Source of the DNA: Mayamaea pseudoterrestris
Lineage: Eukaryota
Direction of reading: 5' to 3'
Assembly: GCA_027923505.1 (NCBI GenBank)
Contig: BROI01000003.1
Coordinates: 434,001-498,000 of the forward strand
DNA length: 64,000 nt
Both the position numbers and the translations under genes were made by a program. Positions within the stretch are counted from its first letter, which is position 1. Each line of letters begins with the position of its first letter. Shown here piece by piece: positions 49,301 through 60,802 of this stretch. The notes beneath the pieces were generated by a model, which ran no database searches, was not told the origin of the DNA, and was given only the letters and a program-made list of their open reading frames with translations.

Positions 49301-51105
49301 CAGCTTGCAGATCCAACAACTTGTTGGATCTGCTAGCAGTGCACCTCAAGTGGCACTTCAGACTGCCAGATTGGCCTGCCAATAACGGAATACAATGAGA
49401 ATTGTGTTTCCATTTGATTTGGACTCAAAGGCTTGTCACCTTGGGTGTGGAATCCATCCCTCTGCCATGAGACTCCGCACATTCAATCAATGGTTGAATG
49501 TGCCATTGGTGCACCCTTTTTGGCTACAGGAATCATCAGCGCAGCCTTCTGAGCCCTGAAATCCTTTTTTATTCATGTTTGGTGTCATGATGGGCCAATG
49601 ATTAAGTCAGTTGCGCCCGTTCCAGTCTCCACCACCATGTATGCCATGGTGAGACTCAGCTTGCAGATCCAACAACTTGTTGGATCTGCTAGCAGTGCAC
49701 CTCAAGTGGCACTTCAGACTGCCAGAATGCCTGCCAATAAAGGAATACAATGAGCATTGTGTTTCAATCTGATTTGGACTCAAAGACTTGTCACCTTGGG
49801 TTTGGAACCCATCACTTGGCCATGAGAACCCGCACATTCAACCAATGGTTGAATGTGCCAGCGGTGCACCCTTTTTGGCTACAGGGATCATCAGCGCAGC
49901 CTTCTGAGCACTGAAATCCTTTCCAATTCATGTTTGGTGTCATGATGGGCCAATGATTTGGTCAGTTGCACCCATTCCAGTCTCCACCACCATGTATGCC
50001 ATGGTGAGACTCAGCTTGTATATCCGACAACTTATTGGATCTGCTAGCAGTGCACCTCAAGTGGCACTTCAGACTGCCAGAATGGCCTGCCAATAGAGGG
50101 ATACAATGAGCATTGTGTTTCCATATGATTAGGACTCAAAGACTTGTCACCTTGGGTGTGGAACCCATCCCTTTGCCAGGAGACTCCGCACATTCATTCA
50201 ATGGTTGAATGTGCCAGCGGTGCACCCTTTTTGGCTACAGGGATCATCAGCGCTGCCTTCTGAGCCCTGAAATCCTTTCCAATTCATGTTTGGTGTCATG
50301 ATGGGCCAATGATTTAGTCAATTGCGCCCATTCCAGTCTCCAACACCAGGTATGCCATGGTGAGACTCAGCTTGCAGATCCAACAACTTGTAGGATATGC
50401 TAGCAGTGCACCTCAAGTGGCACTTCAGACTGCCAGAATGGCCTGCCAATAAAGGAATACAATGAGCATTGTGTTTCAATCTGATTTGGACTCAAAGACT
50501 TGTCACCTTGGGTGTGGAACCCATCCCTTGGCCATGAGACTCCGCACATTCAACCATTGTGCCAGCGGTGCACCCTTTTTGGCTACAGGGATCATCAGCG
50601 CTGCCTTCTGAGCCATGAAATCCTTTCCAATTCATGTTTGGTGTCATGATGGGCCAATTGTTTAGTCAGTTGCGCCCATTCCAGTCTCTACCACCATGTA
50701 TGCCATGGTGAGACTCAGCTTGCAGATCCAACAACTTGTAGGATATGCTAGCAGTGCACCTCAAGTGGCACTTCAGACTGCCAGATTGGCCTGCCAATAA
50801 CGGAATACAATGAGAATTGTGTTTCCATTTGATTTGGACTCAAAGGCTTGTCACCTTGGGTGTGGAATCCATCCCTCTGCCATGAGAACCCGCACATTCA
50901 ACCAATGGTTCAATGTGCCAGCAGTGCACCCTTTTTGGCTACAGGGATCATCAGCGCAGCCTTCTGAGCCCTGAAACCCTTTTAATTCATGATGTGGCAC
51001 TTCAGACTGCCAGAATGGCCTGCCAATAAAGGAATACAATGAGCATTGTGTTTCAATCTGATTTGGACTCAAAGACTTGTCACCTTGGGTGTGGAACCCA
51101 TCCCT
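40368..51105. repeat. Satellite C, ~356-bp unit (ancient dimer of ~170 + ~186 bp subunits), ~30 copies
   Basis: GTGAGA(C/A)TCAGC at 40368, 40724, 41079, 41435, 41788... The two halves align around GCCATG..GAGACTC..palindrome..GTGCACC. Confidence 0.97.
43618..50811. repeat. Near-identical tandem duplication of a 3597-bp block inside satellite C (43618-47214 = 47215-50811)
   Basis: Private variants and ORF-track entries recur at offset 3597 (43876/47473, 45223/48820, 46010/49607). There is an out-of-register junction at 47214/47215. Confidence 0.9.
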
Positions 51106-51503
51106 AAATGGGATTCGCAGAGTCTCATTCAGCAATGCCATGAAGCTCATTAAGTTGGTTTAAATAAGATCGCATTGGAAGGAATGTTCAAACCAGTAAT
51201 CATAGTGAAATGCAGCTCCAAGTAATGAAGATATTATGGTGTGTTGGATGTCGTTTGCCTAGTTTGCTGCCATTGGATGTGTGCCACTGGATGATCCTTG
51301 ATGGTCTAAATATATAGTATATACAAGTTGACAATTGCGTTATAGCATTTTTAATTACACCTTAAACTTTGAGTCCGGCCATTTGGTGCGTGAAAACAAT
51401 GTAGCAAATTGTGTTCAAGAGCTCACGGCATGCAACCTTCTAAGTCCTTTTTATACATCACACAGGATCGATATTGGCGGCAGCTTTCAAAGTTAGTTAC
51501 CTC

Positions 51504-54500
51504 TCATCGCAGCATGCGCTCAGCCCCATACACCAACACAGTATCCACCATCATCAGACCACCAATAAAGGTGGGAAAGCCAACGGATAGGACAAGCCCA
51601 TCCAAGACTCCGCTAACTTTGCTGCCTCCCATGTCAACGACGACAGCCGGCAGCTGACTGAGCTGAAACAAGTCGTTCAGCGGCGGGAAGCATTCTGTCA
51701 CCAATATGAAAAGCGTTGCGTAACAAACTTGAAGACTGCGGTAAAAAAGTTTATTCTCTGTCAAGTCAGCCATAAATGGGCGACCTCTGTAGTTGACTGC
51801 GAAAGTATTAACCGTGGCAAGGCAGGTGATCAAAAACGCTGTTGTATTTAGCGAGTTGGCGTTAAATGCCCCGTCAGGGACAAGGCTAGGATCAAATGGA
51901 TCGACAAAAGAAATGGAAACGTCCGTCACAAGCGCAATGGTGAAGCAATGTACTGCGCACTGGATACCAATCGACAGTAGTGCCCGGAGACACATGACCG
52001 ACGATGGCGGCCGCTCGGATGAGAGAATCGGCAAAGGATCCGCCCGTGTGATGAAGTAGAACAATGCGGTAATAACTATACCAAGAATTGTCATCTGACG
52101 ATCACCCTGCTTGACTCCATTTAGAAAGAGCTTGCTCAAAACCATTGCATTGACTAAACAATTGATGCCCAGAATTTTGTAGATACTTAACATCGTCACC
52201 AACGTACATCGTCCCTGCAAGAGAGGCAGATATTGGCAGCTTAGATAAGAAATTTCACAGCTCAAAATTTTTTTAATGTGTCAACTCACCTGTTGAATGA
52301 CATCCTTGCAGCACTTAATGGACACAGCCCTGGAAGTAAAGGGTGCTGCCACGGAGGCATCGCCTAATTCTAATTCATCTAACTGCTTCTCCGCTTCGCG
52401 GAGCTGGTGCAGCGGATTTTCCCCTGATCCATGCTTCCGTGCAATTTTGCATTTCTTTGCATGCGTCGACTTGGCAATGGCTTCCGAAGCATGCCTCTGC
52501 TTCGATTCGACCTCTGGTGCGGAAAGTATTGAGATACCAACTCTTGCTCGCTTCAAAGCGCCAACGTCGTTTGTGCCATCACCGCACATGAGCGTACAGT
52601 GCCCACCACAGTTGAATGCAGCAATCAGGGCTTCTTTTTGATGCGGTGCATGTCGTGCAAAGACCGAAATCAGAGGAACAAGTCGAGCCAATGCAGATTG
52701 CGCATCGGGATGTAGCAAAACATGCTTCTCATCCAAATGCTGGACATTATTGCGGTTGAGCGAAACTGCTGCTGCGGCCAAGTCGACCAATACGTCGCCA
52801 GTGATGCAGAACGACGCCTCTCCCCGCATGTCTTTAAGTTGCTTTATAGCATTGCTTGACAATTCGACCGATGGAGCATCTACCGACTTTTCGTCCAGGG
52901 AGACACATTCAAAGCTCGTCAAAGGGTCCGATAGATGCAACGCCTTTGACCTGCGCTTTTGTATATTGTAAACTATGTGCTTTCTCTTGACTATTGATAC
53001 TTGCTTGGCGACTTCTACAGCTGTCAGGAGCGCATCCCCGGTGCACATCAACACAGAGTGGCCACTTTTTCGCAGCTCCGTGACAACCGTTTTAGAATCT
53101 AATTTCAATGGACAATCCAAAACGAGGAATCCAGCAAACACAAGATTTTTCTCGAAGCTTTCTCTCCCGTTCGCCTTTAAATTTCGCAAATCTTTAAGCT
53201 TCCCAGCGTCGCCATAAGCCATGGCAAGCACGCGTCGTCCTTTGCTCATATGAAAACGTGCTGTCTCATCGTATTGGCTGGGCACTACCTTTAACATGTC
53301 TCTGACCGTCTCTGGTGCTCCTTTGCTCAGCGTATAAACCATTCCTTGACCTTCATTTTCCGTCACTAGCGTCGTCATGCGTTTCAGTTTGGACAAAAAT
53401 GTGTACCGATGCAGTACATGGTAAGCGTGCGACACTCGACCACCGGCCTCGTCCACCATAGCCACCGTATCGTTGCCGATGAGTCGATAACCAGTTTCCT
53501 GCAAGACTACTCGTTCCAGCGGATCACCAACGATGGAGCTCCGACCGCCATCTCCGACGAGTGCTAGTGAATGGCATGCTGCCATGACCATGAGTGAATG
53601 AACAGGTAGTGTCTTGTCATCTGCATTTGGCTGAATCATGTCGGTGGATACCAACATGCCTCCCTCGTCCAGGTAGCAGACACCCTTGAGCTGCATTTCG
53701 TCGCTTGTCAATGTACCGGTCTTGTCGAAACAAACGACATCCACGGCGCCCGCCCACGGAATGCGATGGATTTCCGTACAGTAGACTTGACATTTTTGCA
53801 TCAACGCCGCCACGCTATTCGTCACGGCCAAGCTCAGTTCCATGGGCAGCTCGGGCGGAACGACGGACGTTATGATCATGACAACGTGAAGTAGCAGTCG
53901 AAACCGGTTGCGTCGATCGTCATGCCAACCAGTCTTAAGAACAGTTGCGGCGGCAAAAATTGCGCAACAAAGAAGAATAAAAATGAAAATGTAGGTATCC
54001 ATGTTGGCATTCCCGTGCGCACCGGACTTTGACGACGAGTACGCCATGGTCCGCAGCAAGGAACCTTGGGTCGTTTCAAAGCCAGTCCGTAGTACGATGG
54101 CCACGACGCCACCATCAGGTGGTGAATATAAAGAGTTTTCGTGAGAGTTCGACGAGCCCTTTGCAATGACTTCCTTCGCAGCATCCGTATTCGTAGCCGC
54201 AATGAGACCGGTTCCAGCAAACAGAATTGACTCCTTGTGTTCCTTGTCCGTCAAATCGAGCAACGTTTCGTCGTCGTGCGGCGACTGTGATTCCTCCAGC
54301 GCATGCTTGAGCTGGGGCACCGACTCGCCCGTCAGGAGAGACTCGTCACAAACGGCCGTGCCAGCAATGAGCAAAACGTCGGCTGGAACAACCATTGTTG
54401 TATGTTCCGCAAAGTATTTTTGATTGCAGGATAGACTCATCAAGTCGCCCGGAAGAAGCTCGTGCGCGTAGACCTGCATCCATTGCGTTTGCCGTCTCAC

Positions 54501-55463
54501 GTAAACCTTTTGCCTTGCGCGCGTTCCGTTACTTCCAGCCTTTTGTAGCTTGGCTAGACTAACATGTCGCTGATAGGCAACGGTGCTTTCAAACAGCAGT
54601 AAGGCTAGTAGCGTGTAAATGGCGTAGTACCAGTACTCATCGAGGCACCATAGTCCGACGCAAAAGACTTGAAACAAGAACAATGGCGCAATCAATTGCT
54701 GACATAGTAGTTGCAAGTAGGTTGGTGGTTGGAGTGCACACCTATTGGGGCCGTAAATGGAGTGAGCCGTGGCAAGGGACGCCAAGGAGGCATGACCCTT
54801 CCAAGTAGACGTGTAAAACGATAGCGGCAAGTGAATTGGATAGAAGCGAGGTCGAAATATACGTGATGATGTACTGCGAGAGTTTGATGCAACTGTCTTC
54901 TTTTTCATTTCCTCGCTACTGCTTGCATTTTCCGATGCATGCCACAGCGCTTGATCCAAACGCTGCTCGCGAGAATCGCAAATGAAGACAGACTCGTGAA
55001 AGTTGCACCTCACTAAACCGTTTCTATGGTCATGCTCTAACGACACAATTCCAATCTCGCCGTCTTGAGAATTCCGTACCAATGCGTGCGTCCAAATGCT
55101 CAATGATTCATGTTTGCTGACAGTCCGAAAACCAACCATGGCACGCACGCCTACGTTCCATGTCGACGCTAGGACGAGCGACAAGTGCAGTAGCAGCGTC
55201 AATGAGAGTCCAAGACTAATGAATAGGCGATATTCTTGTAGTTGCTGTGAATGATCCAGACTGATCCAAGTCATGTACGCAATGCTAAAGGGAAATACGT
55301 CGAGTCGCATCAACGAGTGGCGAATTCGAAGCGGCGTGACGCTCGTTGGCGACGATGACTCATTATTCAAATTGTTGATTGCTGTCTCCTCAAGCGATTC
55401 GTCAAGAGTCGTCTCCTCCTTCTCCGCCTTGGCCGGTTGCTTGCGGTTTCGGAGGGACGCCAT
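51504..55463 (-). CDS. ATP13A1: P5A-type P-type ATPase (ER transmembrane-helix dislocase, Spf1/ATP13A1 family), ~1294 aa; exons 55463-52290, 52214-51504
   Basis: LTGES, PPELPMEL (P5A-type M4 motif), DKTGTLT, KGAPE, TGD, GDGTNDVGAL, GDASVAAPFTS. Intron GTGAGT..GCAG restores IQQ-GRCTLVT. Confidence 0.93.
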
Positions 55464-55689
55464 GGTGGAAGAAATTGTGCGACCATGGATGAAGCGTTTG
55501 CGGTCGGCAATTTCGTGTCGTATGCGATGCGATCAGTACCGCTTGATTGCAAAACGTCTTAACGTCTAACTGGTACTCGCCTCGAATCGACGGCCTCGAT
55601 GGACTCGGTTGATAGATTTACACCTCTCCTGCTGCTTCTCGCTTCTCGCATCTTGTCCTATCTAATTCTGACTCGCCCGCTATACAATC
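55464..55689. promoter_or_regulatory. Probable bidirectional promoter region (226 bp)
   Basis: Divergent predicted start codons at 55463 (-) and 55690 (+); inferred from geometry only. Confidence 0.5.
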
Positions 55690-58687
55690 ATGTGGGGAGA
55701 TCCAGAGAAGGTATGTTGATACAATGTCGTGTAAAGGGAAAGCGATGGTTTCTTTCTCTCGTTACGGTGCAGTCCGTTTTCATGCGACTCATTCCATCAC
55801 TTTTTCATATTTTGTTACAGGCCCTTGCCTTGAATGAATCAGATGCATTGGCCGCAATACTGCAACAAATATGTGGACCTGCTCATGTGTCGTGGCAGGA
55901 TTCTCGATGGCACGAGTTGCTGCACGCCTATGGAGTTTGGATGCATGTGGAATCGCGACTATCGGTGGTGCAGCAAGCGACGAGTCAGTTGATCTTGCAC
56001 TCACCGCAGTCGTCCAATCTAGCGGCTCTCTGTATTCATGTTACACGGCTAGTGAACGACTTGCTTCCTGTCAAAACATCATCCTTGATGGTTTCTGCTA
56101 ATGTCACGAATGGATCCTTCTCTGCGTCGAGCGTCGACAACTTTTCGAATCGCATCGCCATGGTAGCCAAGGCGCGCACGACGGCAGGAAGCTTGAACTT
56201 GCTGCGCCTTTTAATACATGCGGTAATGGTTCATTCCTGCTCGCTACAAGATCCATGCGACTATTTGAAACAAGTTTTTACCTACAGGAGTCGAGACTCG
56301 AATGGAGAACATGCAGTTGCTAGCGACTTGGTGGAAGCCCTAGTCAAGTACTTGATTCAACTGCACCTATTACTCGAGACGCAGCAGTCAATTTCAATGT
56401 CATCGCCGCCGGAACTATACGACGCGACAACCTGCGTTCTTCAGTTGCTGCTCGTCTTGTTTTCGTCGCAACTGTACTCGCCTTTGCAATCAAGCCTTTC
56501 GCGGCCGGCGTCAATGACAATTAGTGGCTACTACTTTTGGGACATGTTTATGCAGCAAGCTCGAGATGCAACATTATGGACGCCTCGACAATTGCTTGCA
56601 GCCTTGCTAAATTGGACCATTCAACGACCGGTGGCTCCGGAACGATCCGTTCAGTTGCACTTGCAGGAGCTTGTTCGCTCGGTGGCAGCATCCACGCATC
56701 ATCACGTTGGAGTGGATGGCATGTATGAAACGCACGTTGTCGTCTTGGCGGAAGCGCCGCAGAGTAAAGAAGAGGGCAATGCACAACAGGAGGAAGGACA
56801 TTTGCGTTACAGCAGCAATTCACGCCAACAGCAGCTGCTAGATCCACACCGCCAGCACAATTTCCTATTGGACGCCACCAAGGGCGTCGTAAGGACGTTG
56901 TCGAGCACTATTCTCCTGCTTCCATTGCGACTACTTTCATTAGCCTTGAATTTGTTTCATTCAAACAGCACTAAAGAAGACTACGACAAGCACTATTTGC
57001 GACATCAGTTGAAGCAGCAACGCGACGAGCATTTGACGCGCGATGTACTATGGATTACCAGCAGTCCAATTGCTGATTTGGCAACTTGTTTGCTCTTGCT
57101 CGTAAGCAACAATGAAAGGAGAATGCAGCAATTATCAAGTGAAGGAAACGTAACGACTATGCTAACAGTGCAGAATCCGTTTCGCGATGAGCTCGCCCAA
57201 TTGACGGACAATCGGTGGCATGCCGACGGAAATAGCTTGCCGGATTTGCCAAACTTGACAAGTAACTTGCAAATGCCGAGTGAAGATGTTTCACTGGCAG
57301 CGGCACCTTTGCTTGCCGGTGACGATGCGAACGAACGAGCATATCTTTGTTCGTCAATGAATGTTTCGTCCAAAGTTCTTTCAGTCAATTTTGAAGCACT
57401 TTTCAAATCGGTTGGTTTGACGGCACATACAGAGGTTGGAGCTTTGCTGCTGTATACTCTGCTGCAAGCCTCGCAAACTTTTGCCGACTCACTGGCGGTC
57501 CGCAGTGATTTGGATACGCTCGTCTTGCCGCTGTTGCGGACGCTGTACATATCAACTTCCTTGAAGAATTATGCTGCACTGGACTTTGCAGCGAGCCATG
57601 GACCAAATGGATTGAATGCCAGCAATGAACCAGACGAGCCGCATGCAATGTCGATACGTTCCTGCCCGTTTCGATCACTCTCGCACCTGTACGTCATTAT
57701 CATTTTGCTGTTACTTTTTTCTCAAGACTTGTCCTTTGGAAGCGATGCCTTTCGTCGAGTCATGGTGGCAAATGTAAACTGGTACAAAGAGAGAAACATC
57801 AAGGACATTAATTTGGGTTCAGTGTTAGTGCTTTGCTTGCTCCGGTCACTGACCTTCAACTTGAATCGACTACACGACGGCTTTTTGTTAAGCAATGCGT
57901 GCGCCATATTGATGAATTTGTCGTCGTCCATTTCCGACCTGCATGAGTACGCTGCAATGCGACTCGCGTCAGTGACACTCTCGTCAATGAAGCGATATGC
58001 ACTTTTGAAGCAAGATCATCCTGACGTTGACGAGGAGGACCTTTCTCATCCGATTGCCATGCACGGGGAAGCATGCCGAACACTGCTGCAAGTTGTGAAA
58101 CAATGTTTCGCGACAAAGAGCATTGATCGCAATTTACACTTGGTCTACGCAATGGTCTACCACCAAGTGGAGTTTAAAAAGCTAGTGACGGCGCAAGGTA
58201 TGTTTTTATTATAGTGCGAGACGCGGAAAAGCATGCATCTTTGTGTCGCTTGCCTCACACCAACTCCTTTTCAGCTACGCCTTTTACCAAAACTGAAGTC
58301 GGTCGCATTCAAAAACTTATCACCGCAGCATCCAGTTTGTTGGAAGTGGGCAATGCTCGAACAGCGACCAAAGCACTCAAGTATTTGTCGGAAAATATTG
58401 AGCAACTTCGTAGTGCCGTAGTCGAACGCAAGCAGCAAAATGACAGCGAGGCATTTACGTTCACGTATGAGGAAGAGGCTGATCCTGAAACATTCTTTGT
58501 GCCATATGTGTGGGAGATTATCGTTTGCTGTGCCACGGCAAGTGCCATTGAATGGACCAAACCGGCGATCAAAGTATTTCCCTTACTGGAAGATCCAATA
58601 GCTGATGAGTCAATTTTCCAGGATAGCCAACCTCGTCAGTTGCAATCAATAAGTGATTATGCAAAAGACCTGACAGAGGTTGCGTAA
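55690..58687 (+). CDS. DYM: Dymeclin homologue (Golgi-associated), ~936 aa; exons 55690-55710, 55821-58197, 58275-58687
   Basis: LLLYTLL..RSDLDTLVLPLLRTLY, HLYVIIILLLLFSQD, WYKER..INLGSVLVL, FTYEEEADPETFFVPYVW. Both GTATGT..CAG introns keep frame. The first mini-exon is less certain. Confidence 0.88.
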
Positions 58688-59099
58688 ATACATCCCTGTC
58701 ATCACTGCAAATAGGTGCACCAGCACTTGCCGAGCAAAACTGGCCAAGCCATGCACAAGTTCCTTGCCATCATGTAAAATGACGCTGCTTTGCTACAAGC
58801 GCACCTGTCAAGTGCCCCGGCATTTCTGCCATCGTATGGCCGTTCCACAGTTTCTCACCAAAAAACCCTTGCTTGGAATGATTTTATTCGCCTGAAGACT
58901 ACGCTACAGCCCAGACAAAGAGTTTCAAATGCGCAGCAAATCGAGGAGCGTGTTGGAGTCGGAGTCCGATTTTGTCAGCGTGTACATTCGCATTGTTCCC
59001 CTTGTGTGTCGGTGGTACGAAGGAAGTGTGCAACATCCTTCTTGCGACTCATCTTTGAGCGGACTTTGCCAAAGTTCCGGCGCAAGCAGCTTGTACGTT

Positions 59100-59370
59100 G
59101 ATCCTCACGCTTGACTGCTTGTTGTTGTTTCCTCCGCGTCTGTCGCCATCTCGATTGCCACGATTGTTGTTACCATTTCAATTTTCGCCACGCTGCTCTT
59201 CGCGACGACGTCTAAGGACTCGACACTGACTGGTATCGTCCGCGCAATCACCTTGTACGTCGCAATACTTGGTTGGTCGCGTGTTGTTTCTGTTGCGCTG
59301 GATGGTGTTATAATTGTTACTGTTGCCATTGCGTCGCTGTTGCGGATTGTTTTGTTCCTGCGCCTCCTGT
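59100..59370 (-). pseudogene. Possible decayed retrotransposon gag C-terminal fragment
   Basis: A stop-interrupted frame reads ..NNPQQRRNGNSNN..KYCDVQGDCADDTSQCRVLRRRREE..NRGNRDGDRRGGNNN. This resembles a damaged CxxHxxxxHxxxxC knuckle in N/R/G-rich context. Confidence 0.3.
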
Positions 59371-59430
59371 TAGTCTGCATGCATCGGGTCCGATCGTGCC
59401 AAGTTTTGTCTGAGTACAATTTAACCGATA

Positions 59431-59889
59431 GTGCCAATAACTTTGATTTTCAACGCTCCACTCTGAACCAGTGTGCCAAAAACGTTGATTTTCAACGGCT
59501 ATCAATAATACATTCCGGAGCACATTGCCAAAAACTTTGATTTTCAACGGCTATCGATAGTACACTTTTGAGCACAGTGCCAAAAACTTTGATTTTCAAC
59601 GGATGTCACTGACTTTCAACGGCTATCGATAGTACACTACGGAGAACAGTGCCAAAAACTTTGATTTTCAACGGCTGTCAATACTACACTCTGAACCAGT
59701 GTGCCAAAAACTTTGATTTTCAACGGCCATCAATAGCACATTCCGGAGCACAGTGCCAATAACTTTGATTTTCAACAGCTGTCAATGCTACACTCTGAAC
59801 CAGTGTGGCAAAAACTTTGATTTTCAACGGCCATCATAGTACATTCCGGAGCACAGTGCCAATAACTTTGATTTTCAACGGCTATCAAT
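59431..59889. repeat. 52-bp minisatellite, ~9 copies
   Basis: Core GTGCCAAWAACTTTGATTTTCAACG at 59431, 59473, 59525, 59577, 59649, 59701, 59753, 59805 and 59856. Confidence 0.92.
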
Positions 59890-60802
59890 GAAAGTCTCAC
59901 CATGGAATAAAGCTTGCCTTTGAGGCCATATCGTTCGACGATACCCTCACCTTTGACACTACCACGCCAGTAGCTTGGTAAAGGAAGGTAGCATTGAGTA
60001 ACGTGCTGTCATGACTTTTCATGTGGCGTGGCGGCGAACGGCAATGACCGTGATATAAACTTGAGGCTTCGCTCATGAGAACCTTTTGTTTCGAGGCCCT
60101 CTTGGAGTGGAAAACTGAGCGGCATTATTCTTGACAGTAACGCTTCAGCAATCACGCTGTACGCGTCACGGATCACGGAATTACTTCTCGATGTTGGGAT
60201 TGCCGACTTGCTGGATCACATATTGCTTTAGTTGCGGCTCGGGACGCCTACGCCGACCAGGACGACAAATTTCTATGCCACTACTTGTACTACAATTCCA
60301 ATTTCCGGTCGTCAGCAGCAGCAGCCACCACTGCCTTGGATCGGTATGTTTCTCCTCGCTCGAGCACCACATTACCATATTCGCGAGCTGGAGAAGTTGC
60401 AGGATTATACCATTTTGATTCGTCGAAGCATTCGAGAGTGTCTAGCAGCCGCAAACAACGAAGCTAATGGCTTGATGGACAACGCTGGTCGAGAAGCGTG
60501 AAAAGAACAGACGAAGAGATCTACCATTGTCGAGGAGACTGGCACAGCAAGTCAAGTGCAAGGTCATATCGCTGGAGTATAATACAACTTCGCATGCATT
60601 GCCATGGCTACCCAAATGGTTGCGGCGACGGCATTTCGTGGACAATGCGAGCTATGTACGATTGGAACAAGGATTGTACTAGATAGTCACAGACCGCATA
60701 ATAGTATTTTTATTATCGGGTATCTTGTTTAAAATGTTGCCGCGACAAGGATTAGTCTAATTATGCTTTCAACAAGCGAAAGAGCAAATATCCGACTGCC
60801 TT

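Noticed and set aside
40331..51207. CACTA...TAGTG or Helitron-like ends framing satellite C
   Set aside because: Only 5 bp match, with no matching 3-bp TSD (ATT vs AAA), no extended TIR and no convincing subterminal hairpin.
55599..55820. N-terminal 74 aa of the 871-aa ORF as part of dymeclin
   Set aside because: Better explained as 5' UTR, a 21-nt first exon and an in-frame GTATGT..TTACAG intron.
59431..59889. CRISPR-like repeat/spacer appearance
   Set aside because: The apparent spacers are homologous to each other and fall into two recurring types. There are no cas genes and the context is eukaryotic, so it is a minisatellite.
60131..60690. Short overlapping ORFs as a gene
   Set aside because: No consistent frame, splice model or recognisable motif.
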